Source: Lama guanicoe
Lineage: Eukaryota
Assembly (NCBI GenBank): GCA_013239625.1
Contig: MU054098.1
Span: 2,791,104 to 2,855,103 of the forward strand
Length of the DNA stretch: 64,000 bases
Direction of reading: 5' to 3'
The translations under genes and the position numbers were made by a program. The notes under the pieces were generated by a model. That model did not search any database, had not been told where the DNA came from, and saw only the letters and a program-made list of their open reading frames with translations. Shown one piece after another: positions 37,966 to 51,200 of the stretch (position 1 is its first letter; every line of letters begins with the position of its first letter).

Positions 37966-38931
37966 ATAATCTTTCTTTAAGATTATTATTTATTAAAAAA
38001 TGGAAGGACTATAGGGAAAAGACTTCTTCAAAAGAAATTACGTGTACAATTTTCTGGGTTATTTGATTCTGATTCTATGATAGCTATTTATAAATGCAAG
38101 CTTTAGGCAACTTGGAATAGGGGAAATAACTTCTGTCTAGAAATATGCAAGTGAAATTCCGCAAGGTAGAAAGAATGGCCATAGGCTCCCACAGAAAAAC
38201 CTCTGAAAAAGAGGCTAAGTATTTTCAGTTGATCTGATTACCTGCAAACAATACCTAGAGCTGTTTTTGTCTCAGAGCAATTTACAGATTTAAAAATTAT
38301 ACCGTTTAAAATTTTTATGTGGCTTAACACCTGTCAATACTTACTGTTTTAAACATTAAAATTAAAAAGTTTAATTCATTAAAAATTACAATATCTATTC
38401 ATCATATAAACTGAAATTGTAAATTCATTAAAAAATATATTTCCTAAAAAAAGTGAGATGATGTGAATTTTTAATAAATATTTGAAAATCTCTTTAGTAT
38501 CTGTCCTAATAGAAGTCTGTTGGATTCTTATACACATTCCTGCACTTAACTGGCTGCCGTTATGGTACACAATGTATCTCTGGAAAATTTTTCCGTACAT
38601 TCACGAGAAAATGAGAGTGAAAAAGGTAAGTAACATTATCTTACAGACCCTGTGAAAGGTTGACCTAAAAAAAAAAAAAAGGTTGACCTAGAAAAATAAC
38701 TACAAGAGCTGACCCTTTAGTAAACCGGTATAATGCAACATTATTGAACAAAACTCACTATTTCTTTTGAACAAATTAGACCATAGATGTATTAAAATAA
38801 AATCGATAATATTTAGTTCTTTGTAAAAGAAAAAAGAGAGAGACGTTCTAAAATTAGCAGGACGCCTTATTTCAAAAAATAAAGTAGATCGAACTTCACC
38901 AGAATCCAGTTCTTATTAAGAAAACTGAGGG

Positions 38932-38947
38932 GGCTCTGAGATGAGCC
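38932..38947 (-). terminator. Degenerate replication-dependent histone 3' stem-loop
   Basis: The minus strand reads ccagaGGCTCA-TCTC-AGAGCCccct versus consensus ccaaaGGCTCT-TTTC-AGAGCCaccc. It lies ~35 nt after the stop and is followed by purine-rich HDE-like 'aataagaactgg'. Confidence 0.75.
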
Positions 38948-38982
38948 TCTGGTTTGCGATGCTCAGGCGGTCCTGAGGCAGC

Positions 38983-39351
38983 TTATTTGCGCGTGGTGTA
39001 CCTGATGACAGCCTTGGTGCCCTCGGACATGGCGTGCTTGCCCATCTCCCCGGGCAGCAGCAGGCGCACGGAGGTCTGGATCTCTCTGGAGGTGATGGTG
39101 GAGCGCTTGTCGGAACGGGCCAGGAGGGAGACACAGTCTGAAATGCCCATAATGAGATTGTTATGAAAATAAGCTGCGCACATCATTTAATGAAATACCA
39201 GTATTAGGGTAAACCGGTTTCAGAGTATTGTAGATATGGGGGGAGCAAAGCTTTCTCGGGTATCTCTTTCCATCCTCCCCTTCTCTGTTTTGGAAGTGGT
39301 TTTCATGACGCCCTTCTTGGCAAAGATAGATTTAGAAGAATGCTCAGCCAT
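38983..39351 (-). pseudogene. Divergent histone H2B variant-like gene, frameshifted as assembled
   Basis: ATG at 39351 gives MAEHSSKSIFAKKGVMKTTSKTEKGRMERDTRESFAP. A shifted frame then reads [23 protein letters not shown], and the ATG frame resumes [61 protein letters not shown]. This aligns to the H2B histone fold. Confidence 0.88.
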
Positions 39352-39414
39352 GATGGACGCAGTTTCCTGATATTCCACAATGAAAGAAGAGAGTGGTCCG
39401 GACCAGGCGTTGTC

Positions 39415-39526
39415 TATTTATATATCCTGTATGCAAATAAGGGCTTGAATACAGGCAACATCTGATTGGATGAAATGTAATACAGGAAACCCTGTCAATA
39501 AGCCCCACGTAGTTAAAAGTGATTGG
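39415..39526 (-). promoter_or_regulatory. H2B-type promoter: CCAAT x2, octamer, TATA
   Basis: On the minus strand: CCAAT (39526-39522 and 39469-39465), cttATTTGCAT octamer (39438-39431) and TATAAATA (39422-39415), the classic H2B-box order. Confidence 0.85.
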
Positions 39527-41674
39527 GTAGTTCTACCTGGCAAGAGCCAGTTAGAAGGCACTGAATACTCAGACTATCTAAAAGCTTCCTGTAGCCTGCA
39601 CAGAGAGCACTTTGGAGACGCCATCTACTACACCTAAATTGTGGAAATCTCAGCTTTAGGTCTTTGAGAGTCTGACCTCCTTAACCCAGGTCCGTGATAC
39701 CAGAGGAATGACGCTGGCCACGTTTGGGCCATTTGTCCACCAACCCAGAATCGAATATCCTGGGCTAAACCACCCTGGCTTGAACAGGAACTTTCTGACT
39801 GAGGGGAGATCTGGAAAACAAGGGACTTAGTTAGCAAGCTATTGCCTCCAATTCTGAACAAAAACCTCAGTGAACTGTGAAAAGGAAAAATGGCAAAACC
39901 AATCTTCAAATACAGAATGCAAACAAATATATGTGTATTTATAAAAATGTAAAATATCCTCAAATGTTAACCAAGATTCAAATTGTTTCTCTTGACAATA
40001 CTTAAATCCTAGGAAAATACCATTAACTGTATACTTGGTGAATAAATATGAGAGCTGTTGCCTGGGGAAAAAATAATACATTACACATCGAAGTCAACCT
40101 CCTAAGAGAGAAAAAGGGAATAATACAGAAAATGTTATTTGGTGTAAAGGATAGCTCTTTCAAATAGCTATGATGCTACATTTGAACATACTGATAAAAC
40201 GTGGATTTGTGGAAAGTGTAAATTACAGAAATAAAACCCACTCCCTTCCCCAAAAAAGGACTTAAGGACTAAGAAAAATGAAAGAAATTGAGGTCATCAA
40301 TGAACTACCATCCCAAATGGCCAGGCTTCCAAAACACCATTAAGAACAGGTATTTTTTTTTCTGTTAAAGAAATGGTGTATGATTATGAAGAATATTACA
40401 CTTTTATTTGAAGGAAATATAATATGAAAAGAACATGCTAAAAAGTGTTCTGAGTGGTCACATTTATAAACAAGGATATATAAAATTTCTACATAAATGA
40501 TTAGATATCTGGTATGTTAAAAGATGAACAAAAAAAGACAAGTCAGGATCCATTCAAGCATACAAAAATGTTTCAGACTGAGTAAAATACAAATATGATT
40601 CACTTTAAAAAAGGAAATAGAAACTTCAATTAATCTCCGTACATGCTTTAAATCCCCTTGCTTATATGATGATGCTTGTTTCATGATGGAATACTAGTAA
40701 CCATCACTAGAGACAGGATTCACAAAAATTGAGCCTTCTCATCAGGACTAGTATTTATCATTATCTGGTATATCAGAAAGATCTTATAAAAGGACTTGAA
40801 AAAGGATTTTACTGCAAAGATCTAGACAAACTACTACAAAATCATATGCAAGTAAATACCCGGGGGGGAGGAGGGAGGGGGTGGAGGCACGTGATTGACT
40901 TACACATCAAAATAAAATTTGGGGAAAGCAAAGGTTCCTTTCAGAAAGAGCTGTGTACATGTCCAGAAAAACAAACAAAAAAAAGCATTTTGCTGTCACT
41001 TAATTTATATCATGCTAATTGTTGTTGCTTCAAAATGCCAATGTTTATCATTATGCCATACAAATGTTTTACCAAAATTATTCTAGCACACTGGTCTCAT
41101 ACATAATGTGTTAGAAGAGATTTTGATATATCGAATCCATTAGGGTAGGTGTATGTTTTGGCTGTTTTGCACTTGAAAATTCAGAACATAAACAGAAGCA
41201 TTAATAACATTTAAAATGCACTGTAATTTGGCTGAGGGTGCGGGGTGGTTGAAACACATGAACCTAGTAAGTAGAGAAAAAATCCTGGGTTGATGTTAAA
41301 GACTGGGAGGGACGATGAATACATCTGATTTTTAACCTCGTGGGCGAATGAGAAACAATCATGCTCTAATGCTGTGTTTTTTGAAAAAGGTTAAATAAGG
41401 GAAATGGCTTTCACTACAGTAAATAACATATGATAAGTGTGACTCAGAGAGAAACAGTGTTAACGGAATAAAAATACCACAAACTTTTTTGAATTCATTT
41501 TAATATATAACAGAAACAAACAAAAGGGCCAGAATTAGATAAATCAAAATTTTCAAGAAACAATATCTTTGTCAAGTTTCCAAGACTCTGAAATTACTAT
41601 TCTATTTCATTCAGATTTGCTTGCTTTTATTCTTTTCCAGGCTACAGCTTTCATTTTTAAAAACACAAACCTTA

Positions 41675-41808
41675 GGGTGTGGGAGGTATAGCTTAGTGGT
41701 AGAACTTGTGCTTGGCATGCACGAGGTCCTGGGTTCAATCCCCAGTTCCTCCATTAAGGGGGAAAAATGAAATAAAATTAAGAAGAAAAGAAAGTTGTAT
41801 TTAAAAAA
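41675..41808 (+). mobile_element. tRNA-derived SINE (Vic-1-like)
   Basis: 'gggaggtatagcttagtggtagaacttgtgcttggcatgcacgaggtcctgggttcaatcccc', with degenerate TSD cacaaacctta / cacaaagctta. Confidence 0.85.
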
Positions 41809-44349
41809 AAACCCACAAAGCTTAATGACCTGCAATTATGCATTATTATGATGATGGGAGAGTCCTATGAGAGCAGTCCATGCCCCTTTCTCCACTAGCT
41901 CAGGCAATGAAGGACCCACCTTTTAATCATATTAAATGAACCATGGTGATAGACCAAGAGAAATAAAATGACTCTCCCCCACCATCCTTTTCCTCAACCA
42001 ATCTGAATATTGAGTTATTTTATTTTATGTTTTTCACCTTCCAGCATATAGTCCTGACAAAATAGAACCCACCACGTGAACTTGGCAAGATGAAAACCTC
42101 CCCCCAGGACAGGGGTCAATAAAATGGGGTTGGTCCTGATTCCTAACCCTCCTCCACTTTGATCATGGCCTATCACTCCTGGATAAGAAGAGAATGAGTG
42201 TGGGGTGGGAGAGGAAGCTTGGAAAAGTGGCCATTTCCCCTCTCTCTTTAAAATGAGGGACTTTAAAAACAAATCTAGTATCATTGATAGGCATGAGTGG
42301 AGCGTGAGAGCCCTGCACTCCCCTCTAGCAAGTTATCAATCCGGTTCTTGCCAAGCTGACTGGGGTCTCTCTGGGGTTTGTGACGTGACCAGTCCTGGCC
42401 CTTACAGCCTCTGCTGTTGTCCTGAAATTCTAAAATCCTGAAACCTGTCCAGAATGTAACCAAGTCTTCCTTCAAAATGTTCCTTACACAGTGTTAAGTG
42501 TGAGCAGTGTCAGCTCTTGGGAATTGAAGTTAGGTGGGGACTATGTGACTTTAGGTGGACATGATGTTGACCAGGTATTTTGTCATACACCACTGGGAAT
42601 TTTGCTTTAAGAAAACATAAGAGTCATAGTTGTTGTTCTTGTTAAAATAATTGGACTGGCATGGTGAATTCTATCCTTTTGAGGAACTCAGTGTCTTTTC
42701 CCAGATATATCTTCACAGAGAAGTGAAGGGCATTACCCAAGGTCACGTAGCTACTGAGTCAGAACTGACACCAGGACGCAGATGATCTTCTGAATTTCAC
42801 TCCAGTGTCTGGTCTATCAAACATGGGATTAGCCTTTGAGTGTCTGAACTTGCCATCAGGGGCTTATAGAAACTCTGCTTCTCTGCATTAATCTGCTTGA
42901 CAAGAAATACTTTAAAATAAAAGTTAGTACAGTGTTAACTTGTTTGACCCACTTCAATCTCCACGTGGGTAGTTAATTCAAAATAAAATGCATAAGCATA
43001 AAATGCATAACGTTTTTCCCTTGACAAACTCCAGTAGCTGGGGATATCAGACATCAGGTTGAGTTCCAAGGGTTGCTTCTGCTTTTCCCTCTCCCTAAAT
43101 TCTTTCTTGTGGCCTCAAATCTGCCCGCATTTGGGACTCCATGGGTATGTGTTTTTGTAGGCAGAAGGAAGATGGAGGGATTACAGTGGAAGTATCACTG
43201 TTATATTTGTGATATTTATCCTGTGTTGTTGTTCGTGGCTGTAGTTGGTTCATTTTCATTTCTGTACTGTAATGCATTAGAGGACTATAACACTCTTTTT
43301 CTGTTGATGGACATTTGCATTGCTTTAAATTTTGAGCCTAGTAATCAGTCTTGTTCATGTCTTTTGGTGGACACAAGGACATATTTATGTTGAAATATAC
43401 CAGGAGTACAACTCCTGAGTCAAAATATACATGAATGTTCAGCCTTTGTAGATATTGACCGTTTTCCAAACTGTATGTGTGTTACTCTATATCCTTGCCA
43501 ACACTTGATACTCCGTCTTTTGATTGTTATCCATTCTCCCAGTTCCCCAATGAGCAAACCACCTGGGCCTAAAAGAGGTTAAATATATTTTTTTAAAGAG
43601 CCAAGTCTGAACTCTAGATTCTTAAGATTGTAGCTTTATAAATTGTTCTGCTTCATTGAAGTATGAGTTCTTCCATCAGGTATAAATGAAATCCACACCA
43701 GGTAAGATAACTAGCACAGTGTCTGGCACATAGGTGGTATTCTGTAGAGAGCAATACCACATCCTATCATCATCCTTTGTGTCCCATCGCCCATAGTAAT
43801 TTAGGATTATGGATAGTTAATAATTATTTTTACTGCATATTGAGCACCCAACATAAAAGGATTATTTTTCTAAACCAAACATCCAAAGATAACCGGGGTA
43901 CACAAATGTATTAAGAAGATTATGTAACTAAATCTGTACTGAAGGACAACAGTGATGTTCCATTTTTCCCATTATAAACCAAGACTACAGTATCACTTCT
44001 GTAGCCCCCATTCCAGCAAAGAATAAATTCATAATAAACAATTGTTATGGGAAGTTTTAAAACATAAAACATAAGATTATATTTTAGCATCTTACTAAAG
44101 ATCTCCATGGGTAAATATTAGAAGTGGAATTGCTGAGCCCAAATATCAACTTTTTTTATTTTTAAACTATTTACAAAGTTGCCCTTCAGAAAATTTTTAC
44201 CAATACTCTCAACAAGAGCAAAGAATGCATGTGTCCCCAATCCCTTAACAAATCTAATACACATTTTCATGTAATCAAATCTATCAACATTGTCCTTAAA
44301 TGTTCATCTCTGTTATTATATTTTGAAAGTCCTTCCACACAAAAACCCT

Positions 44350-44740
44350 ATGTAGAAGCAGAGGCTAATTATTCAGAGTTTGTTATAACAATGGAGTCAG
44401 TCACCATAACTTCAGTTTGGCAGAGATTTAAAGGCAGGCAGGGGACTGGGAAAGCTTTAGAATGAATAAAAAGGGAAAACCAGGTTTTCTCTTATTGGAG
44501 GTTGTTGGCATGGGGAAGATGGAGGCCAGATAACTAGAAGCAGGGACATATGTGATTGGTTTGGGGAGCATATTTAGATTTCTCTAGTTGGTAGCAGGTC
44601 TGGCTTTCTTTGACCAAGTCCTGAAGATTGCTGCAGAGGCTGTGGTTCGGCTTCTCGGACTGCTTGCTACAGAGGCTGTGGGTCACAATTCTATCGTCAT
44701 ATATGGTTTGGCCATTGTCTGTTCTATATTGAGTCTCTCA
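44350..44740. mobile_element. Probable ERV LTR remnant upstream of TCEAL4
   Basis: Begins TG. LTR-like composition with 'gattggtt' and 'gaccaagtcctgaag...gctgcagaggctgtgg' phrases. Family uncertain. Confidence 0.45.
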
Positions 44741-45099
44741 CTTAAAAAAAAATCGTTCTTTCATTCTGCTTCAAATATAGTTTCATTTTTAGATGTAAAT
44801 ATTTAATTCATTAGAAAATTTATGTTTGTGCATGTCAGGAAAAAGGGACAATTTCATTTTGACGGAAAATTTTTCCTAAAGTGCAATATTCTACTCTTTG
44901 TACAATATTAAAGTTCATATACAATTCATTGGTGGGTCTACGTTCTTGCAATGGAATTTGACTGTTGTCAGGACTCCACCCCTCAGCAGCCCAACCCATT
45001 TATTTAAAAAAAAAAAGCCGCTGTGTTTTTATTAAAATTCTTTCTTCGACCAACTTCTCAAGAAGAGGAAACGGACAAAAGGACCAGGAGAGGTTAGGG

Positions 45100-45308
45100 G
45101 GGACCTGTCCGAGGGAGGTGGCGGGTGGCCGGCAGACGCCGGCTAGTGGGCGGGGGGCGGGGGGCGGAGCTCGGGTGACGAGATGCTCACGTGACCGCGG
45201 GGCGCAGATGTGGGCACCGGTCCGGGTACCCGCCCGCCCTCCCTCCCTCCCTGCGGTCGGACCCGGAGCCGTCTGCGAGCTTCTAATTGTTGCTCCAGGT
45301 TCTCTGAG
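45100..45308 (+). promoter_or_regulatory. TCEAL4: TCEAL4 CpG-island promoter and non-coding exon 1
   Basis: Tandem GC boxes at 45148-45167, half-CRE TGACG at 45176-45180, E-box TCACGTGA at 45187-45194 and donor GAG|GTCAGT after 45308. The TSS cannot be determined from sequence. Confidence 0.75.
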
Positions 45309-45885
45309 GTCAGTGTGCGGGCTGTCGTCGCTGCCTACGGGACACTGGAATGGGGGAAGAGGACGGGCACGGAAAGAAAGAAGGTTGGGGATGGGGTCCG
45401 GAGCGAGGGGAGCTGGCCTGTGTGGACAGAGATGGCGGTGGGCAAACAGCTAAGGGGGAGCCAGCGGCCAGTGGGCGGAGGGTGGGGAAGGCGGACACCC
45501 CGGGTACTCATTCCCCCTTTCTCCGCACCTCCTCTTCTCTGCCCTCCGTCCATTTTGGAGTCAGAGATAGTGAGTTGGGGGGCGTCCCAGCAGCGAGACA
45601 GTGGAAATACCCCCTCTCTGCCACTCCGTGCGTGGAGTAAAAAGTTGACCTCAAGGGTGGGGAGGCGAGTTGCCTCCGAGGGAGAAGGACGCAAAGATCC
45701 AAAATTAGTTTGGAAAACATCCTGGTCTGGTGCCCGAGGCGTGCAAAGAAATGGCGGCTGGGGTGCGGGGGGCGGAGGCGGTGGGGGAGGGAAACGTTGG
45801 GTGAGGAGGGCTGGGATTTAGGAAAGGGACCCGAGTCCCTGTGCATCCACTGGACGCCCAGCCCCGGTCTCCTGTCTGCCTGCAG

Positions 45886-45958
45886 GTCTGCGTGTCCGTT
45901 CTTCCCAGCACTCTGCTAGGCTAGAAAAGGAGGAGGAACCTGTCCAGAATCCCCGCAG
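45886..45958 (+). other. TCEAL4: TCEAL4 non-coding exon 2 (predicted)
   Basis: Acceptor ctcctgtctgcctgcag| and donor cag|gtcagt. Paralogous to 56185-56251. Confidence 0.75.
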
Positions 45959-46149
45959 GTCAGTGAAAGAGAGGGGCACAGGACAGGGACCCAGAGGGTC
46001 GGGGAGTGTGGAGGGCACAGTCTGGGCAAAAGTGGGGGCCCCACTGCCCACTTCCCAACACATTTACACACACTGAACAAATGTAGAGAAACATGGCAGG
46101 GCCTGCCAGAGAAATGGTTGGCTCACGTACAGGAGGACTGGTCGGGTAA

Positions 46150-46977
<828 letters not shown>

Positions 46978-47454
46978 TGCCCCTGGCAGGCATTTGCAAA
47001 GCCTTGAGCTTTATTTAATCTTATGCTAATACTATGCTTTAGGTGTCACTCATGTTATCCAACTGCGGCCCTCTGTTTCAGTAGCAGATTTTCATCCATT
47101 GCATGGAAAAATGTTTATGGTGCATTGTAAAATTAAAAAAAAAACAGTTTGCAGAACCATACATATGGCATCAGTCCATTTTTGTAAAACTACAAAGATA
47201 TTTACCTAGTGATCCATGTACAGAAAAGGCTCTGAAAGCTCTGTTTGCTAAAAGATTAACAGTGGTTATCTGTGGATGACTTTTTTGGGTTTTTTTATTC
47301 ATCTGTATATATTCTCTTAAAAAACAGAGATTACTTTTATCATAAAAATAATGAAATAAAAAATAGGAAAACAATACCAAGCAATCAAAAGTACTTTTCA
47401 GTAAGAATATGAAGGCAGTGGAGACACATAAAATTGTCAGGACATGAAATGATA

Positions 47455-48065
47455 AGTAAAACTCACATTACCTCTGGGACTCAAAGCTGGAAGAATCAAC
47501 TTGGCAATTATTACATATCCATTGTTGTAAGAGACAGTCTTGTCATCTGTGAAACTGGGGATAAATCTGGCCTTCCAGGGCTGTGGAGAAGATCAGATGA
47601 GATACTGAGTACGTGAGCTGTGTTAGGCCGGCTCCTACCCTCTTCCCTGCACTAGCAGGACTGGAACCCCATCCAATGTTTGGGAGAGGGCTGAGGGAGG
47701 TCTTACGTGTGTCCAGGAATAAGTCCAGACAGCTGAGAGGTGGGTGCCGTTCTCCCCTGGGTAATGCCACGACTCTTAGGCACTGCCTCTTCTCGTGGGT
47801 TCTGTACCCTCCTGAGTAAGGGCCCCCACTGCTGCTGATAGGCGGGAGACCATGATGGACTTAAGCAACTCTTGTCACAACAGAAGGGTGGAGAATTCTC
47901 TACCTACAATAGAGTTGCCCTAACTCAGGTGGGTAGCGCTCAATTCGCACATGGGCCTTGATATTTATTATAAAGTTCTTATAAAACACAACTTACCCAG
48001 TTTTTTGTTGGTTTGTGCGTGTTTTTGCATATAGCCATCTCCACTGGATTTACATACTGGAGACT
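47455..48065 (+). repeat. Downstream paralogous block of the TCEAL duplication, copy 1
   Basis: 'cattacctctgggactcaaagctggaagaatcaacttg...cagtcttgtcatctgtgaaa...gatcagatgag..ctgagtacgtgagctgtgtt' is co-linear with ~57965-58610. Confidence 0.8.
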
Positions 48066-48264
48066 GAGCCAGGAGAAAAATCTGAGTGACCAGATGCTGT
48101 GCTATTCTCACCTGTTAATCTCTTGTCTGCTGACACTTTTTTCTTAGAAGGAGTTGTCTCCTAGGAAAGTCCTGTTAAGCCCTGCCTTACCATTTCAGCA
48201 GACCTGTCTACCTATGTGATTTTTCCCCTCTCTGGTTCTTAGCCTTTTATTTGCTTATAGTGTT

Positions 48265-51200
48265 TTTTAAAATAAATTTTAATTTTAGGACAGCTGTAGA
48301 TTTACAGAATTATTGCAAAGAGACACAGTTTCTGTATACCCCAAACCCAATATCCCCCATTATTAACATCTTACGTTGGTAGGAAGCATTTGTCACAATG
48401 AACCAATATTGATACATGTATTATTTACCAAAGTACATACTTTATTCAGATTTCCTCAGTTTTCCCTAATGTCCTTTTTCTGTTCCAGGATCCCATCCAG
48501 GTACCACCTTACATTTAGTTGTCATGTCTCCTTAGGCTCTTCTTGGCTGTGACAGTTTCTCAGACTTTCCCTGTTTCTGATGCCTTGACACTCTTACGAA
48601 GTACTGGTCAGGTACTTTGTATAGTGTACCACAATTTCAGTTTGCTTGATTTTTTTCTTGTGATTAGACAGGTGTTAAGTGCTTTCAGGAAGAGGATCAC
48701 AGAGGTAAAGTGGCATCATATAAAGGGTGCATACTATCAATATTATCCCTGTTGATGTTAAGTTTGGTCACTTGGCTGAGGTAGTGTTTGTCAGGATTCT
48801 CCATGGCAAAGTTTCTCTTTTATTTCTCCCTTTCCATACTGTACTCTTTGGAAGAAAGTCACTCTGCACAGTCCACACTTAAAAGAATGCGGTGTTATGT
48901 TTCACCCTCTTGAGGATGGAGTATCTCCAAAATTTATTGGAAATTCTGCATAGGACATTTGATTTCTCCTCCATTTATTAATGTATTCAATTTATTTATA
49001 TCAGTATGGGCTCATTAATATTAATTTTATACTTCGGATTATAATTTATTACTACTTTATATATTTTCATTGCTCAAATTGTTCCAGTTTTGGCCGTTGG
49101 AAGCTCCTTCAGTTGGCTCTTGAATCTGTTTGACACACCCTCATCTTTGTGTGTGTGTTTTTTTAACTTTCTGGCACTACAAGATGCTCTAGTCTTATCT
49201 TCCATATTTCCTGCCCAAGTCCTAGAATCAGCCATTTCTCCAAGGAGCCCTGGTACCTTTGGTTGGAGAAAGGTATTAAAAATCAAGATTTATGTGGTAG
49301 GTATACTGGTTGCTGTTGGGATATCATTACATGACAGAGAAAGGAGATAGATAGATAGATAATAACCTATGCATATATGCATCTCTCTCTCTCTATATAT
49401 ATATATAAAATATATAAATATTTATATCCTTATATGTTTTTAAATACATTTATAATTGAGAGAAAATTTTGCCTTTAGGCTTACAGACTCATTTATTTCC
49501 AAAGTTACCTATGTCAGCAACTTACTCTTCCATGCCTTTCAGTGAAATTGCTTCATACATCTGTGATACACTTAGATTTTTTTCTTACATTCTGTGTTGT
49601 GGGAATGCAGCTATAAATGGCATTTTAAAATATCGAATTCCAATTGTTCATTGCTAGTATATGGGAAAGCAATTAACTTTTATGTATTAACTTTACATCT
49701 TGTGATTTTGTGGCCAGTAGTTTGTCAGTGCTTTGGCATTTTCTACACAATCATGTCATTTGCAAATAGAGACAGTTTTATTTCCTCTGTTCCAATGTAT
49801 ATACTTTTAATTTCCTTTCTTGCCTTACTGCACTAGCTGGGACTTCTAGTATGATGTTTAATAAGGAGAAATGAGAAAGGACATCCTTGCCTTGTTCCTG
49901 ATCTTAGGGTGAAGTGTCCACTTTCTATCATCATTAAGTATGATGTTAATTGTAAGCTTCTTCTAGATATTCTTTATCAAATTGAGGAAGTTCCCCTCTA
50001 ACCCTAGTTTCAGAGCTTTTATCATGAATGGGTGTTGGATTTTGTCAGATGCTTTTTTGCTTTACTCTGTTAATGTGGTGGATTATATTGATTTCCAAAT
50101 ATTGAATCAGCCTTGCACATTGAGAATAAATTTCCTTTGTTTGGTGTGTAATTTTTATACATTATTAGATTCAATTTCCTGATATTTTGTTGAGGATTTT
50201 GTGTCGATGTTGATGAGAGATAATGGTCTGTGGTTTTCCTTTCTTGTCATGTCTTTTATCTGGTTTTGGAATTTGGGTAATACTGGTCTTACAGAATGAG
50301 TCAGGTGTTCTCTCTACTTCTGTTTTATGGAAGAGATTGTGGAGAATTGGGATGATTTTTTCCTTAAATGTTTGTTAGAATTTGGTCCTAGTGCTTTGTG
50401 TCTTTGGAAAGTTATGAATTATTGATTCAATTTCTTTGATAGATACAGGGCTATTCAGGCTATCTTTTATACCTTATATGAGTTTTAGTACTTAACATCA
50501 TTTAAGGAATTGGTACATATATCCCTTCATTCTCTTCTCAATGTGTATGGGATCAGTAGTGATAATCTCACTTTCATTTCGGATACTGTTAATTTGTGTC
50601 TCCTTTCTTTTTTCTTGGTTACCCAGGTTAGAAATTTAACAATTGTATTATCTTTCCAAAGAACCAGCTTTTGGTTTTGTTTATTTTCTCTGTTGTATTC
50701 CTGTTTTCACTTTCATTGATTTCTCCTCTAGTTATTTCTTTTCTTCTGCTTGCTCTAGGCTTAAATTACTCTTCTTTCTTTAGTTTCCTAAGAAGAAAGC
50801 TTAGGTTACCGATGTGAGAATTCTCTTCAGGGGGAGGGTATAGCTCAAGCGGTAGAGCACATGATTAATATATACAAGGTCCTGGGTTCAATCCCCAAAA
50901 CCTCCTCCAAAAATAAATAAATAACCTCCCACCCCCAAAATTTAAAAACGTAATAATAATAATAAAATTTAAAAATAAATAAATAAGAATTCTCTTCTTT
51001 TCTCATATATGTGTTTAAGCTACAAATTTCCCTTTAAGCACTGCTTCTGCTTCATCCCAAAGATTTTGATATGTTGTATTTTCATTTAGTTCAAAGCATT
51101 TCTACATTTCCCTTGAGAATTCTTCTTTGACTCATAAGTGTGTTGTTTAATTTCCAAATATTTGGGTTTTCCATTTATCCTTCTGTTATTAGTTTCTAGT

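Noticed and set aside
38983..39186. 67-aa ORF as a stand-alone protein
   Set aside because: It is the 3' part of the frameshifted H2B locus, and its ATG arises in the out-of-frame segment.
44965..45919. Several 100-200 aa ORFs over the TCEAL4 CpG island, and likewise 55024-55973
   Set aside because: These are stop-poor GC-rich sequence giving overlapping Gly/Arg/Pro-rich ORFs on both strands, with no family similarity.
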